Positions 9,588 to 20,305 of a DNA stretch of 64,000 nt are shown piece after piece (within the stretch, counting starts at the first letter, position 1; every line of letters starts with the position of its first letter). This DNA comes from a virus. The notes under the pieces were generated by a model. The model was not told the DNA's origin. It made no database searches and saw only the letters and a program-made list of their open reading frames with translations. The position numbers and the translations under genes are program-made. Location of the stretch: the IMG/VR virus record IMGVR_UViG_3300047476_001246; one strand, 5' to 3'.

Positions 9588-10411
9588 TCAAATTACCTTT
9601 TTTAGAAACAATGATTACACAAGTGTGTAATTTGTCGTGTCACGGATGTACCAACTACTCCGATTTACCACACAAAGGCTATGTCACGTGGGAAGATGGT
9701 CGGCAACAATTGTTGCCGTGGTTGGAAAAAGTATCTATTGACGATTTTGGAATCATGGGCGGAGAACCATTAATCAATCCTGAAGTTTCAAAATGGTTAG
9801 TGGGTGTAAGAAATCTTTTGCCCAACAGTCAAATAAGATTTACCACCAACGGGGAATTGCTTCACAAACATTTTGAAATTTTAAATTTATCGCACGACAT
9901 TGGCAACATAGTATTTAAAATCACAGTACACAGAAACAGTCCAGAACTAGAAGAAATTATAGAAAAAATATTCCGAGCATACAACTGGGAACCAGTACAA
10001 GAGTTTGGTATCAATCGATTCAAAACCACAAACAATCTAAGATTGCAAATCAATCGACCAAACAAATTTATAAAAACTTACAAGAATACGTATGCAGACA
10101 TGGAACCGCACGATAGCGATCCCAGTGAAGCTTTTAAAATATGTGTGCAACAAAAATGTCCTTTGTTATACAATGGAAAAATTTATAAATGCAGTACCTC
10201 GGGACTGTTAGAAAGCACATTGGCCAAGTTCAATTGGCCCAATAAAAACAAGTGGGAACCTTACCTAGGTAGCGGAATTGCACCAACTGATTCAGATGCA
10301 GACATTTTAAATTTTGTTAACAATTTTGGTAAACCAGAACTGTTGTGTAAACAATGCCCTAGCGAGTCAAGTGCTTACATAGATCATATTAAAACGGTAA
10401 TAGTAAAATGA
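9581..10411 (+). CDS. Radical SAM protein
   Basis: CNLSCHGC, MGGEPL, FTTNG and C-terminal cysteines (YKC, CKQC). Confidence 0.9.
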   Translation: MVIKLPFLETMITQVCNLSCHGCTNYSDLPHKGYVTWEDGRQQLLPWLEKVSIDDFGIMGGEPLINPEVSKWLVGVRNLLPNSQIRFTTNGELLHKHFEILNLSHDIGNIVFKITVHRNSPELEEIIEKIFRAYNWEPVQEFGINRFKTTNNLRLQINRPNKFIKTYKNTYADMEPHDSDPSEAFKICVQQKCPLLYNGKIYKCSTSGLLESTLAKFNWPNKNKWEPYLGSGIAPTDSDADILNFVNNFGKPELLCKQCPSESSAYIDHIKTVIVK

Positions 10412-11394
10412 ATAAAATTCTAGCAAGAAACATAGATTCAAAATTCTGGGATATTGAATTTTTAGCCGCTGACATCTTGAAGTCAATTGAAACTCACGGC
10501 GAGGCCATAGTTGATTTTAATCTTGAAGGACCAGATTTTAAAGAAACAAATCTATATAGATTGTTTGAGTATTTAAAAAATACGCACAATGTTGATTTAT
10601 CTAAAATAACTATCTTTACAGGAAATTTTCTCGAAGACCAAAACACAGAATATAAAATTAAAATAAATTTTCGTTGGATGTACGAGTTAGATGAATTACA
10701 AAAATCGGCACATTTGTATTTGCCAACAGCTAAAAAAAATCAAGCGGCAAAAAAGTTTGGACTGTTTATAGGTAGGTGCAATTATGCAAGATTGGCCATA
10801 ACAGGTCATGTGCATGCAAAATACAAAGACGATACTTTGCTAACCTTTCACTATGAAAGCGGATCAGACTATCATAAAACTCATCTGGGCTTTGAGGATC
10901 TGCTGCACAAATATGGACCTAATTCGGATATAGTTATAAATTCTTTTGATTTGATTCAGAAATCACCGCTGCTATTAGAAGAATCAAATTCCTACCCACT
11001 TAATAATCCAGAATGCTACAAGATATTATCTTGGTACAATGATTTTTTTGTAGAAATTATTTGTGAAACATTTTTTACTGGTAATACTTTTTATCCTACA
11101 GAAAAAACCTGGAGAGCCATTGCTTCTAAAACTCCGTTTGTAGTACAAGGTCCGACTAATTTTTTAAAACGATTAAAAAAAATAGGATTCAAAACTTTTG
11201 ATCGTTGGTGGGACGAAAGCTACGACGAAGATCCTTATGACTATAAGTTGACAGCAATTCTGAGAGTCATTGACCAAATTAATGATTTGGATATCAACAA
11301 GACATACAATGAAATGCAACCAATATTGGAACACAATTATAATGTTTTTAAAAATTTAAATGTTGCAGAATTCCGAAAACTACTAAATGACTAA
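10408..11394 (+). CDS. Putative glycosyltransferase-like protein (GT-B/exostosin-like)
   Basis: ETFF..TEKTWRAI..KTPFVVQG..LKKIGFKTFDRWWDESYD; paralog of 24486-25634. Confidence 0.45.
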   Translation: MNKILARNIDSKFWDIEFLAADILKSIETHGEAIVDFNLEGPDFKETNLYRLFEYLKNTHNVDLSKITIFTGNFLEDQNTEYKIKINFRWMYELDELQKSAHLYLPTAKKNQAAKKFGLFIGRCNYARLAITGHVHAKYKDDTLLTFHYESGSDYHKTHLGFEDLLHKYGPNSDIVINSFDLIQKSPLLLEESNSYPLNNPECYKILSWYNDFFVEIICETFFTGNTFYPTEKTWRAIASKTPFVVQGPTNFLKRLKKIGFKTFDRWWDESYDEDPYDYKLTAILRVIDQINDLDINKTYNEMQPILEHNYNVFKNLNVAEFRKLLND

Positions 11395-12775
11395 AAGTAA
11401 ATTTTTATCCGCAGCAGAAGAGATGCGGGATCAATTAGGTCCCAGTCTCTGCTTGGCCAAATGGCAACAAGTAAGTTTACACCTTCCCACAGGATTGACT
11501 AACAGTTGCTATCATCCACCACTACACGAGATAGACGCAACATTATTAAAAGACAATCCGTCAGCATTGCATAACACACCTTACAAAAAAGAACAGCGTA
11601 AAATTATGCTGCGTAATGAAAGACCACAAGAATGCAGTTATTGTTGGACACAAGAAGATTTGGGGAATTTAAGTGATAGACATTATAGATCAGGAGAGCC
11701 CTGGGCAGCCGAACACTTTTCAGCGATTGCTAACAGTCATGATGCTGGTGACAGAGATTTTACTCCTTCCTATGTGGAGGTCAATTTTAATCATGCTTGT
11801 AATCTTAAGTGCTCCTATTGCAGTCCTCAGTTTAGTAGTAGTTGGGGTGATGAAGTGGGACGTTTTGGAGGATATCCCACTAGCACTGTTCATAACGATC
11901 CTTCCCATTTTAGCGGTCGCAGACGACCTATCCCAGTTCGGGAGGATAATCCTTACGTTGACGCATTCTGGGAATGGTGGCCGAGTTTATACCCCAAGCT
12001 AAAACATTTTAGGATGACTGGCGGCGAACCACTGTTAGATAAGAACACTTATCGAGTATTTGATTACGTGCTTGCTTTTCCAAATCCAGATCTACATATT
12101 GATGTGACCAGCAATTTTAGTGTGGAAGAAAAGTTATGGGAACAATATTTTGGTTATGTGAGTCAATTATGCAAAACCAATATAGAACATTTTATGCAGT
12201 ATGTGAGTTTAGACTCTGGAATAGCTGAGCACGCCGAATATATTAGACATGGAATGGAATTTAAAAGGGTACTAGCAAGAGTCGATTATTTCTTAAGGCA
12301 TATACCCAATCGTAATAGTTTAACGTTTATTATTACCATGAATAATCTCAGTGTACTAGGGTTAAAAAGACAATTGGAAACTATTCTTTCGTTACGAAGA
12401 TTTCATAGTACAACATATCAACGAGTTTGGTTTGACACACCTATACTAAGACAACCCACTTGGCAAAGTTTACAAATACTTCCTCCGGTGTATGCCAATC
12501 GATTACAGGATGTAGTGGATTGGATGCAGACCAATTTAGAAACCGTGGATAAACCATTTAATGGATTCAAGGATTACGAAGTGCAAAGATTGCAACGAGT
12601 TGTAGATTGGATGAAGGAAGGTTGGAGATTACAACCAGAGTATGTTAAACTACAACGTGCTGATTTTTTTAGATTCTTTAACGAGCACGATAAACGCAGA
12701 GATACAAACTTTCTAGAAACATTTCCAGAAATGCGAGAATTCTGGAACGAATGCCGATACCATGCCCAAAATTAA
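11387..12775 (+). CDS. Radical SAM protein with an N-terminal SPASM/twitch-like Cys cluster
   Basis: CLAKW..SCYH..CSYCW, then CNLKCSYC and TGGEPL. Confidence 0.9.
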   Translation: MTKSKFLSAAEEMRDQLGPSLCLAKWQQVSLHLPTGLTNSCYHPPLHEIDATLLKDNPSALHNTPYKKEQRKIMLRNERPQECSYCWTQEDLGNLSDRHYRSGEPWAAEHFSAIANSHDAGDRDFTPSYVEVNFNHACNLKCSYCSPQFSSSWGDEVGRFGGYPTSTVHNDPSHFSGRRRPIPVREDNPYVDAFWEWWPSLYPKLKHFRMTGGEPLLDKNTYRVFDYVLAFPNPDLHIDVTSNFSVEEKLWEQYFGYVSQLCKTNIEHFMQYVSLDSGIAEHAEYIRHGMEFKRVLARVDYFLRHIPNRNSLTFIITMNNLSVLGLKRQLETILSLRRFHSTTYQRVWFDTPILRQPTWQSLQILPPVYANRLQDVVDWMQTNLETVDKPFNGFKDYEVQRLQRVVDWMKEGWRLQPEYVKLQRADFFRFFNEHDKRRDTNFLETFPEMREFWNECRYHAQN

Positions 12776-14117
12776 TAACGAAACAGAATTAGAATACAAG
12801 CACAGAGTAATAGATATCAAGTCAGAAAGCTTCTGCGGCGCAAAGTGGTACAATGCAACCATATGGTTGGGTTCGGGTATGACCACCAGTTGTCATCATC
12901 CATTGCCACACAAGGTTGAAGTAGCAGATGTGCAAGCAAATCCTCGAGCATTGCATAATACACCCAAGAAGAAAGAGGAACGTAGACAGATGCAAGCGGG
13001 CGAAAGACCTGCAGGATGTGAGTATTGTTGGAAGATCGAAGACATAGGCCGCGATAATATTAGCGATCGTGTTTACAAAACAGTAATCTATTCAGATAAG
13101 GATCTTGATTATGCATTTAACACAGACTCAAAAGAAGATGTCAATCTTCGAACTCTTGAAATTAGTTTTGATCGCACTTGTCAGTTTGCTTGCAGTTATT
13201 GCAACCCTGCATTCAGTAGTACTTGGGTTAAAGACATCAACACTAATGGACCTTACATGGGCCTGGTGTCTGACGGTAGGAATCATTTTACTCATAGCCA
13301 TGACAGTTCGCAGCTTTTTAAATTTGGTCAAGATAACCCATACATCACGGCCTTCTTCCGGTGGTGGGAATCAGACCTCCACCAAACTCTAGACGAACTT
13401 AGAATCACAGGCGGCGAACCTCTTATGTCAGGATACACCTGGCAGCTACTAGATTGGTTCAAAGCAAACAAAGGTCGAAGCCAAACTCGACTAGCAATCA
13501 ATTCTAACTTAGGAACTCAAGTTGATCTCGATCGTTTATTTTCAAGTGTGGACTCACCCATTGACCTATACACTAGTAATGAAAGCGTCGGCAGTCATGC
13601 AGAGTATATTAGAGACGGATTGGTTTGGGACGATTGGGCTAATAGTGTAGAATTAATACTGGATAATCAAATTGGCAATAAACTTCGTGCCTTGCATATC
13701 ATGTGTACTATTAATGCATTGTGTTTAGATAGTCTAGCAGACTTTTTAGATCGCATAGTAGAATGGAAATTAAGTTATGGAAGAGAAGCAGTCAATTTCT
13801 CATTAAATATACTACGCTTCCCTAGTTTTCAATCTGCATTAGTGCTGTCCGATGAGCTACGCACACAGTATAGAGATAGACTCGCACAATTCATGGTCAA
13901 GCACAAAGGCTACAGCTATTTGCACGAATACGAATGGAACCAATTACAACGATTAGTTGATTATTTAGATGTGGTCAAAACCCCACACGCAGATGCCGCA
14001 GAACAGCGAATACTGCAACAAGATTTTAAAAAGTTTTATACACAATACGATCAACGACGCAATAAAAATTTCGCAGAAACATTCCCTGCACTAGCAGATT
14101 GGTATAACAGCATATGA
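12762..14117 (+). CDS. Radical SAM protein with an N-terminal SPASM/twitch-like Cys cluster
   Basis: CGAKW..SCHH..CEYCW, then CQFACSYC and TGGEPL. Confidence 0.9.
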   Translation: MPKINNETELEYKHRVIDIKSESFCGAKWYNATIWLGSGMTTSCHHPLPHKVEVADVQANPRALHNTPKKKEERRQMQAGERPAGCEYCWKIEDIGRDNISDRVYKTVIYSDKDLDYAFNTDSKEDVNLRTLEISFDRTCQFACSYCNPAFSSTWVKDINTNGPYMGLVSDGRNHFTHSHDSSQLFKFGQDNPYITAFFRWWESDLHQTLDELRITGGEPLMSGYTWQLLDWFKANKGRSQTRLAINSNLGTQVDLDRLFSSVDSPIDLYTSNESVGSHAEYIRDGLVWDDWANSVELILDNQIGNKLRALHIMCTINALCLDSLADFLDRIVEWKLSYGREAVNFSLNILRFPSFQSALVLSDELRTQYRDRLAQFMVKHKGYSYLHEYEWNQLQRLVDYLDVVKTPHADAAEQRILQQDFKKFYTQYDQRRNKNFAETFPALADWYNSI

Positions 14118-15433
14118 GTGTAAAAGAGTTTTACAATAAAGGTTATGACTACAACGAACGAGCTCCGTATTTCATTGAACGAGAGCAATTGAATGACCAG
14201 CAATGGAAACTGTTAACTGAAAGCAAAACATTTTGCATGATGCCATGGGTACACATGCATGCCTTCCCCGACGGTCGTGCATATCCGTGTTGCCTAGCAG
14301 ATTACTGGCATCCGGTGGGTGATTTAAGAAAAGACACAATGGAGACGGTATGGAATCAAAAGCCATATCGTACTTTGCGTATCAACATGTTAAACGAACA
14401 ACCAAGCAAGGAGTGTACCAAGTGCTATGAACAAGAAACAAACGGTTTTTTTAGTATGCGTAATGATGCCAATCGCAATTATGGACATTACGTGTCTCAA
14501 GTGGATAGGACGGATAGCGATGGACATAACCCAGAGTTTAAGTTCAGATATTGGGATGTACGGTTTTCTAACTTATGCAATTTTAAGTGCCGTAGTTGCG
14601 GTCCTATCTTTAGTAGTAATTGGTTCAATGATCACGTTAAATTATATAATCGGACGCCTGACGTGCTCGGAAGGGAAATGGCTAGGGTAGAATATACTAC
14701 CGGCGACGAGGATGGTATGTTAGCGCAAATGCTGCCACATATACCATATCTTGAACAAGTATATTTTGCTGGTGGCGAACCTTTAATCATGAAAGAGCAC
14801 TACTTCATGTTAGAGAAATTAATTGAAGCCGGCAAAACAGATGTACGTATTCAGTACAACACAAACTTCAGTGAACTTGCATTCAAGGACAAACATGTGT
14901 TTGATTACTGGCGGCATTTCAAAAATGTCAGTGTTGGTGCAAGTCTAGATGCATCAGGCACACGGGCCGAGTTAATGCGTCGAGGCACAGATTGGAAACA
15001 AACTGTGAATAATCGTCAACGCATGATGGCAGAAGTGCCACATGTGGACTTTTATGTAAGTGCAACGGTGAGTGCAATGAATGTATTGCATGTGTTAGAT
15101 TTTCATCGTGAGTGGACTGAATTGGGATTGATACAGGCAAAAGACTGGAATATCAACATATGTCAGAGCCCAGAGTGGTATCGCATTGACATACTACCGG
15201 AAAAATTTAAAAACGAAACAGTAATACCAGCTTATGAAAGACATATTGCTTGGTTAGAGCCGCAAGACAGTTTAAAACGAGCAACCACCGGTTATAAGAG
15301 TTTATTGAATTTGCTTACAGCACAAGATGCCAGTCACTTGATGCCTCGGTTCCGAGAGGAAATCGTAAAATTAGATAATATTAGAAATGAAAACTTTTGG
15401 AAAGTGTTTCCCGAATTAAATGAGCTTGCCTAA
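14114..15433 (+). CDS. Radical SAM protein with an N-terminal SPASM/twitch-like Cys cluster
   Basis: CMMPW..YPCC..CTKCY, then CNFKCRSC and AGGEPL. Confidence 0.9.
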   Translation: MSVKEFYNKGYDYNERAPYFIEREQLNDQQWKLLTESKTFCMMPWVHMHAFPDGRAYPCCLADYWHPVGDLRKDTMETVWNQKPYRTLRINMLNEQPSKECTKCYEQETNGFFSMRNDANRNYGHYVSQVDRTDSDGHNPEFKFRYWDVRFSNLCNFKCRSCGPIFSSNWFNDHVKLYNRTPDVLGREMARVEYTTGDEDGMLAQMLPHIPYLEQVYFAGGEPLIMKEHYFMLEKLIEAGKTDVRIQYNTNFSELAFKDKHVFDYWRHFKNVSVGASLDASGTRAELMRRGTDWKQTVNNRQRMMAEVPHVDFYVSATVSAMNVLHVLDFHREWTELGLIQAKDWNINICQSPEWYRIDILPEKFKNETVIPAYERHIAWLEPQDSLKRATTGYKSLLNLLTAQDASHLMPRFREEIVKLDNIRNENFWKVFPELNELA

Positions 15434-16634
15434 AACTATTTGTATGCTGCCATGGATCAGTATAGAGACCAGTCCAATTGGAACTGCTCGCCCGTGCTGT
15501 CTGGCAGTTGACGAGATCACAGACGACAACGGTCGCAAGTATGATCTCAACGAAACTGATCTACAAACAATATACAATAGCACATACATGCAGAATTTAC
15601 GCCAGCAATTTCGTGCCGGTGAGAAGCCCGAAACCTGCAATCGTTGCTGGCAAGAAGAAGATGCAGGTCGTGCAAGCAAACGTATATTCAGCAAGATTAG
15701 ATTAAAAGAATTGGTAGACAAGGTTGATTACCCAAATGATACTCCAGACCAGCTTTGGTTTGTAGATTTGAAATTAGGAAATATTTGTAATCTCAAATGC
15801 CGCATCTGCGGCTCCTGGTCTAGCAGTCGTTGGGCGCAAGAAGAAATTGATTACATTCCAGAATTAACAAATAAAAAAGAACATCTGGCATATAAGTTTT
15901 TGCAACAAGGTGCATGGCCGCGCAAAACACAAACGTTCTGGGACAACTTACGTGAATTGTTGCCCAATATCAAATACTTTGAATTTACTGGCGGCGAGCC
16001 ATTTATGATTCAAGAACATTTTGATCTATTACAGTATGCAGTTGACCAAGGCTACGCAAAGAACATTGATATACATTACAATACCAACGGAACTCAATGG
16101 CCGGATGCACATGAATTATGGAAACATTTCAAACGTGTAGATATTGCGTTTAGTATTGATAATGTAGGCAAACGGTTTGAATATGAACGTTATGGTGCCC
16201 ATTGGGCAGAGGTCACAGAAAACATACGCAAGTTTCATGAGTTGCGTGATCAAAATCCTGCAAAAATTACCACTCAAGTGTGCATGACTGTTAACATACA
16301 AAATGTTTATTATCTAGAAGAATTATGCAATTGGATCAACACACAAACATTCAACGATCACTATTTTAATATGCTTCATGATCCCAAGCACATGTGTATA
16401 GACAGTTTGACTCCAGAAGCAAAAAAGATTGTGATAGAAAAATTACAGTCGGGATCATTTACTCCTAAGCATCGCGCAGAGATCATTCGAATAATTAAAT
16501 TTATAGAACAAGGACGAGGATCCAATGGCGAAGAGTTTTTGTTCAAAATGCAACAAACTGATTCTTATAGAAAACAAAATTTCTATAGCACACATCCTGA
16601 AATAGCCAAAGCAATGGGGTATCAGTGGAACTAG
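15420..16634 (+). CDS. Radical SAM protein with an N-terminal SPASM/twitch-like Cys cluster
   Basis: CMLPW..RPCC..CNRCW, then CNLKCRIC and TGGEPF. Confidence 0.9.
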   Translation: MSLPKTICMLPWISIETSPIGTARPCCLAVDEITDDNGRKYDLNETDLQTIYNSTYMQNLRQQFRAGEKPETCNRCWQEEDAGRASKRIFSKIRLKELVDKVDYPNDTPDQLWFVDLKLGNICNLKCRICGSWSSSRWAQEEIDYIPELTNKKEHLAYKFLQQGAWPRKTQTFWDNLRELLPNIKYFEFTGGEPFMIQEHFDLLQYAVDQGYAKNIDIHYNTNGTQWPDAHELWKHFKRVDIAFSIDNVGKRFEYERYGAHWAEVTENIRKFHELRDQNPAKITTQVCMTVNIQNVYYLEELCNWINTQTFNDHYFNMLHDPKHMCIDSLTPEAKKIVIEKLQSGSFTPKHRAEIIRIIKFIEQGRGSNGEEFLFKMQQTDSYRKQNFYSTHPEIAKAMGYQWN

Positions 16635-17890
16635 AAAAAATTGTTGATAGCAAAACCTATCGAGAATTTAAGGGAGCTGATTGGCCAACTTATGGCGATT
16701 TTGTTGCCAACAACTATACAGTGTCTGATTCTATTAAAAAAGAATTAGAAAAATTTGTTCAGGCAATGCAAGAACAATATGAAAATTTATCATCCTCTCG
16801 CACAGCGGAATTGGCAGCAGCTAATCAAGCTAGACAAGGACAAATTTTTTATAATAAATCGTATACCGGGATTTCCCGCTGCAGAGAGCCGTGGCAAACG
16901 TTGGGTGTAAATGCCAATGGAAATATTTTTATTTGTTCAAGTCCAAGTTGGATTCCTATTTTTGTTGGAAATCTGTTAGAGTCCAACAATGTTTATGACG
17001 TACTCAACTGCGAACAAGCAAAAAAAATTAGATTGGAAATTTTACAAAATAGATATTACTACTGTAATTCAACCATATGCAAGTTTTTTCAAGCTGCCAA
17101 TCCAAACACACATAAAAAAACTTTCAGTGAAGAAGATACACGAGAGTTAACACTAACAAACGATCAAGACGAATTGTGTGTCAATGAAATTCCCCGAAAC
17201 TTGATATTTGATTTTGATCCCACATGTAATTTTAAATGTCCTAGTTGTAGAATAGAGCATCAAAATTTTAATAATCATCATGTGATTAGACCAATTAACA
17301 ATAGCATATCAGAAAAAATCAAAAAACTAATCATTGATGAAATAAAAGATCAACACATATCCGTTAGATGGGCAGGTGGTGAACCTTTTATGAGCGAAGT
17401 GTATATAGAACTCTTTGATTACATAATAGAAAAAAATAAAAAAAATATTACCAACATTGTGCAAACTAACGGAAGTTTATTAAAGAGCAAAGAAAATCTT
17501 CTTAGAAGATTTTTGCCTTATATCAGCAATCTAAGAATTAGTTTTGATGCCGGCTGCGAGGAAACATACAAACTAACTCGTGTTGGCGGAAACTGGAACA
17601 ATCTATTAGACAATGTTAAATTTGTAAAAGATCTTGTTAAACAAAATAATTTTAGAACGCAACTGTCAGCAGATTTTGTAGTTCAAAAAAACAACTACAA
17701 AGATTTACCAGCATTTGCCAACTTGTGTAGAGAGTTAAATTTGTCAATGAACATACAAAAAATGTGGAACTGGGGGACGTGGGAGTTAGACGTTTTCAAT
17801 GACATGAATGTTTATGATAAAAAACATCCTTTATATGCAGACGTTGAAAAATATTTTCGTTTGGCTAAATTACCAATGGCAAACAATTGA
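16625..17890 (+). CDS. Radical SAM protein (AT-rich, divergent member of the array)
   Basis: CREPW..FIC..YCNSTIC, then CNFKCPSC and AGGEPF; GTG start. Confidence 0.88.
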   Translation: MELEKIVDSKTYREFKGADWPTYGDFVANNYTVSDSIKKELEKFVQAMQEQYENLSSSRTAELAAANQARQGQIFYNKSYTGISRCREPWQTLGVNANGNIFICSSPSWIPIFVGNLLESNNVYDVLNCEQAKKIRLEILQNRYYYCNSTICKFFQAANPNTHKKTFSEEDTRELTLTNDQDELCVNEIPRNLIFDFDPTCNFKCPSCRIEHQNFNNHHVIRPINNSISEKIKKLIIDEIKDQHISVRWAGGEPFMSEVYIELFDYIIEKNKKNITNIVQTNGSLLKSKENLLRRFLPYISNLRISFDAGCEETYKLTRVGGNWNNLLDNVKFVKDLVKQNNFRTQLSADFVVQKNNYKDLPAFANLCRELNLSMNIQKMWNWGTWELDVFNDMNVYDKKHPLYADVEKYFRLAKLPMANN

Positions 17891-19179
17891 AACCTGAAAC
17901 ATTATGTATGGCACCGTGGACACACACATACCTAAGTCCACAAACTGAACGACGCATGTGTTGTGCAAGTCGTGAACCGGCACAAAACTTCAAACAGTAC
18001 ATTGATACTGACTCAGGCACGGGTCAATATATTCCTATCACACTAGAAGAACACTGGAACAGCGATCATATGCGGAGTGTGCGTAGACGCATGTTGGCAG
18101 GGGAAACCTTGCCTGAATGTGAAGTGTGCAACGACAAATTATTGAACACCAGCGTTTACCGCAGTTATTTTAACAATCTATTTGGACATAAGTACAAACA
18201 AGTAATAGAAACAACTGACGCTTCAGGATCAACAACCATGAAGCCTGTAAGCTGGGATTACAGATTCAGTAATCTCTGCAACTTCAAATGCCGTATGTGC
18301 GGTGACATGCTGTCTAGTTCGTGGGAAAGTGAACAAAGACAACACGAAATGATCGACTGGTCAAATCCAAAAAACAATTGGATGCAACCTGAAATCAAGC
18401 AACAAATTGAAAAGTTTCAAACAACTCAAATTGAAGCCGAGTTCGCAGCAGCAGTAGAGGACCACCGTATAGAAGAGGTCTATTGGGTGGGGGGCGAACC
18501 GTTAATGTATGAACAACATTGGCGGTACATGCAGCGCATTATAGAACTAGGAGATGGATCAAATGTTTATGCTAGATACAATACTAATCTTAGCCGCATT
18601 AATTACAGAGGTTGCGATCTTTATCGGGATATACTTGGTCATTTGCGGGATTGGCAAATTTGTGCCAGTATCGACGGTACAGGCCGAATTGGAGAGTATA
18701 TCCGAACAGGCCTTGATTATGAAACATGGCTTGAAAACTTTAAGAGAGGAGTTGCAGTCGCTCAGCACCCGAGGCAAATGAGATTGGACTTCACACTTAC
18801 TCTTCCGGGTATGTTTGAAGTCCTTAATATACAGCAGTTAGGCAACGATTTGGGCGTTGACATCCTGGCCAAGGTTGTCTTTGGTTTTAGTTCGGACATA
18901 GTTATGTCACCTTTAGCCCTACCCAGATCTATATTAGAGCCCTGGATAGACGAAATACTTCCCGTGGTGGAGAATAACCCGTTAAAGGATATCTTAGTTC
19001 AGCTAAAAACTAGACCCACGTTCCAAGAACAATATGGTGAAGAGGAATATACCAAAGGCATTGCTCGAGGTAAGGCTCGTGTGTTAAAATTAGAATCTAT
19101 TCGTACACAGTCAACAACCATGGACGAAATATTATCAAAGAGAGCAGACGTATATGAGTGGTGGAATTCGATTGGTTAG
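17887..19179 (+). CDS. Radical SAM protein with an N-terminal SPASM/twitch-like Cys cluster
   Basis: CMAPW..MCC..CEVC, then CNFKCRMC and VGGEPL; TTG start overlapping the upstream TGA. Confidence 0.9.
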   Translation: MKPETLCMAPWTHTYLSPQTERRMCCASREPAQNFKQYIDTDSGTGQYIPITLEEHWNSDHMRSVRRRMLAGETLPECEVCNDKLLNTSVYRSYFNNLFGHKYKQVIETTDASGSTTMKPVSWDYRFSNLCNFKCRMCGDMLSSSWESEQRQHEMIDWSNPKNNWMQPEIKQQIEKFQTTQIEAEFAAAVEDHRIEEVYWVGGEPLMYEQHWRYMQRIIELGDGSNVYARYNTNLSRINYRGCDLYRDILGHLRDWQICASIDGTGRIGEYIRTGLDYETWLENFKRGVAVAQHPRQMRLDFTLTLPGMFEVLNIQQLGNDLGVDILAKVVFGFSSDIVMSPLALPRSILEPWIDEILPVVENNPLKDILVQLKTRPTFQEQYGEEEYTKGIARGKARVLKLESIRTQSTTMDEILSKRADVYEWWNSIG

Positions 19180-20305
19180 AGTGGTTTTACGAAACCCGTT
19201 AGATAAAAAAGATACGCTCGAATATTTAATTGAATTAAACGACAGTCGACTGGCACAAGACTGGGCGCAGGCACTAAAACAAGAATTAATCAAAAATCGA
19301 TTGATCGAAAAAAATTTTTGTTTTATGGGATTCCCGCACACTCCAAGAAATTTAAATTATCTATGCCAGGAACTCAACGCGGCCATATATAGAATCAATA
19401 TTTTCAATAGAACTAAAATTTGGCAGGACAACGGTCTAGAACCATGTATCATTGAAGATTATTTTACTCCGGAGGGTGTGCAGTTTGGGGAAGAATATCC
19501 AATTGGATGGAACGAATCAAATCTAGGTTTGAGCATCAAGCATGGAATAATGAATAGGCTTCACAACTATTTTGAAGTGCTACAAGGTACTGTTGATAAT
19601 TTGAGTCTCTATTATAAATTTGCAGATTACGATACCAAATACGCAATAAGGCAATTGAATAATTTATGCCACGAAATAGAAACATTGTGTCTGAGTAGAC
19701 GAAAACAAGCCACTGCCCCAGAATGGATAAGACCCAGTCAAATAACCACATTTCTTCATGCAGACAGAATTGAATTAAGCAACGAACATAGAAACGGATT
19801 TGCAACCAACGGATTTGATCGAGTGTTTGGTGGAGTATACATGCACTGGACACAGATAGGAAAAACATTGTTTGAAGTTTTTCGTGACGAACACGCACCC
19901 AAACTAACAGATACCGTGTGCGAAGCAATTACAGAGTTAAAATATTATAGCGGCGAATTTGACATTGAGTGGGGCAAAAGCTTGGTATATGGTGGACCTC
20001 ACGAATGGCATAACAAACAAATAGACAATTTTAAAGAATGGTTGATATCAAACAACAGAGATCCTGATGATGTAAATTTAAGTTTAGGCTATTTGCCATT
20101 GGGTCAAGTTAATCTAAGTTTTAGTTTTGGAACCTTGCACGAACAAACAATTCAACAAATGTTAAGCAATCATTTGGACATTTACAAAATTGAAGTAGAT
20201 GGTGTCACTAATACATTTGATTATTGCTGGAGCGATTACAACTATAAACAAATGCAAATTGATATAATGAAACCCGGATATGACTACAGTTCTCGCCGGG
20301 GGTGA
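19154..20305 (+). CDS. Hypothetical protein
   Basis: 383 aa ORF in the operon; no motif recognised. Confidence 0.75.
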   Translation: MSGGIRLVRVVLRNPLDKKDTLEYLIELNDSRLAQDWAQALKQELIKNRLIEKNFCFMGFPHTPRNLNYLCQELNAAIYRINIFNRTKIWQDNGLEPCIIEDYFTPEGVQFGEEYPIGWNESNLGLSIKHGIMNRLHNYFEVLQGTVDNLSLYYKFADYDTKYAIRQLNNLCHEIETLCLSRRKQATAPEWIRPSQITTFLHADRIELSNEHRNGFATNGFDRVFGGVYMHWTQIGKTLFEVFRDEHAPKLTDTVCEAITELKYYSGEFDIEWGKSLVYGGPHEWHNKQIDNFKEWLISNNRDPDDVNLSLGYLPLGQVNLSFSFGTLHEQTIQQMLSNHLDIYKIEVDGVTNTFDYCWSDYNYKQMQIDIMKPGYDYSSRRG

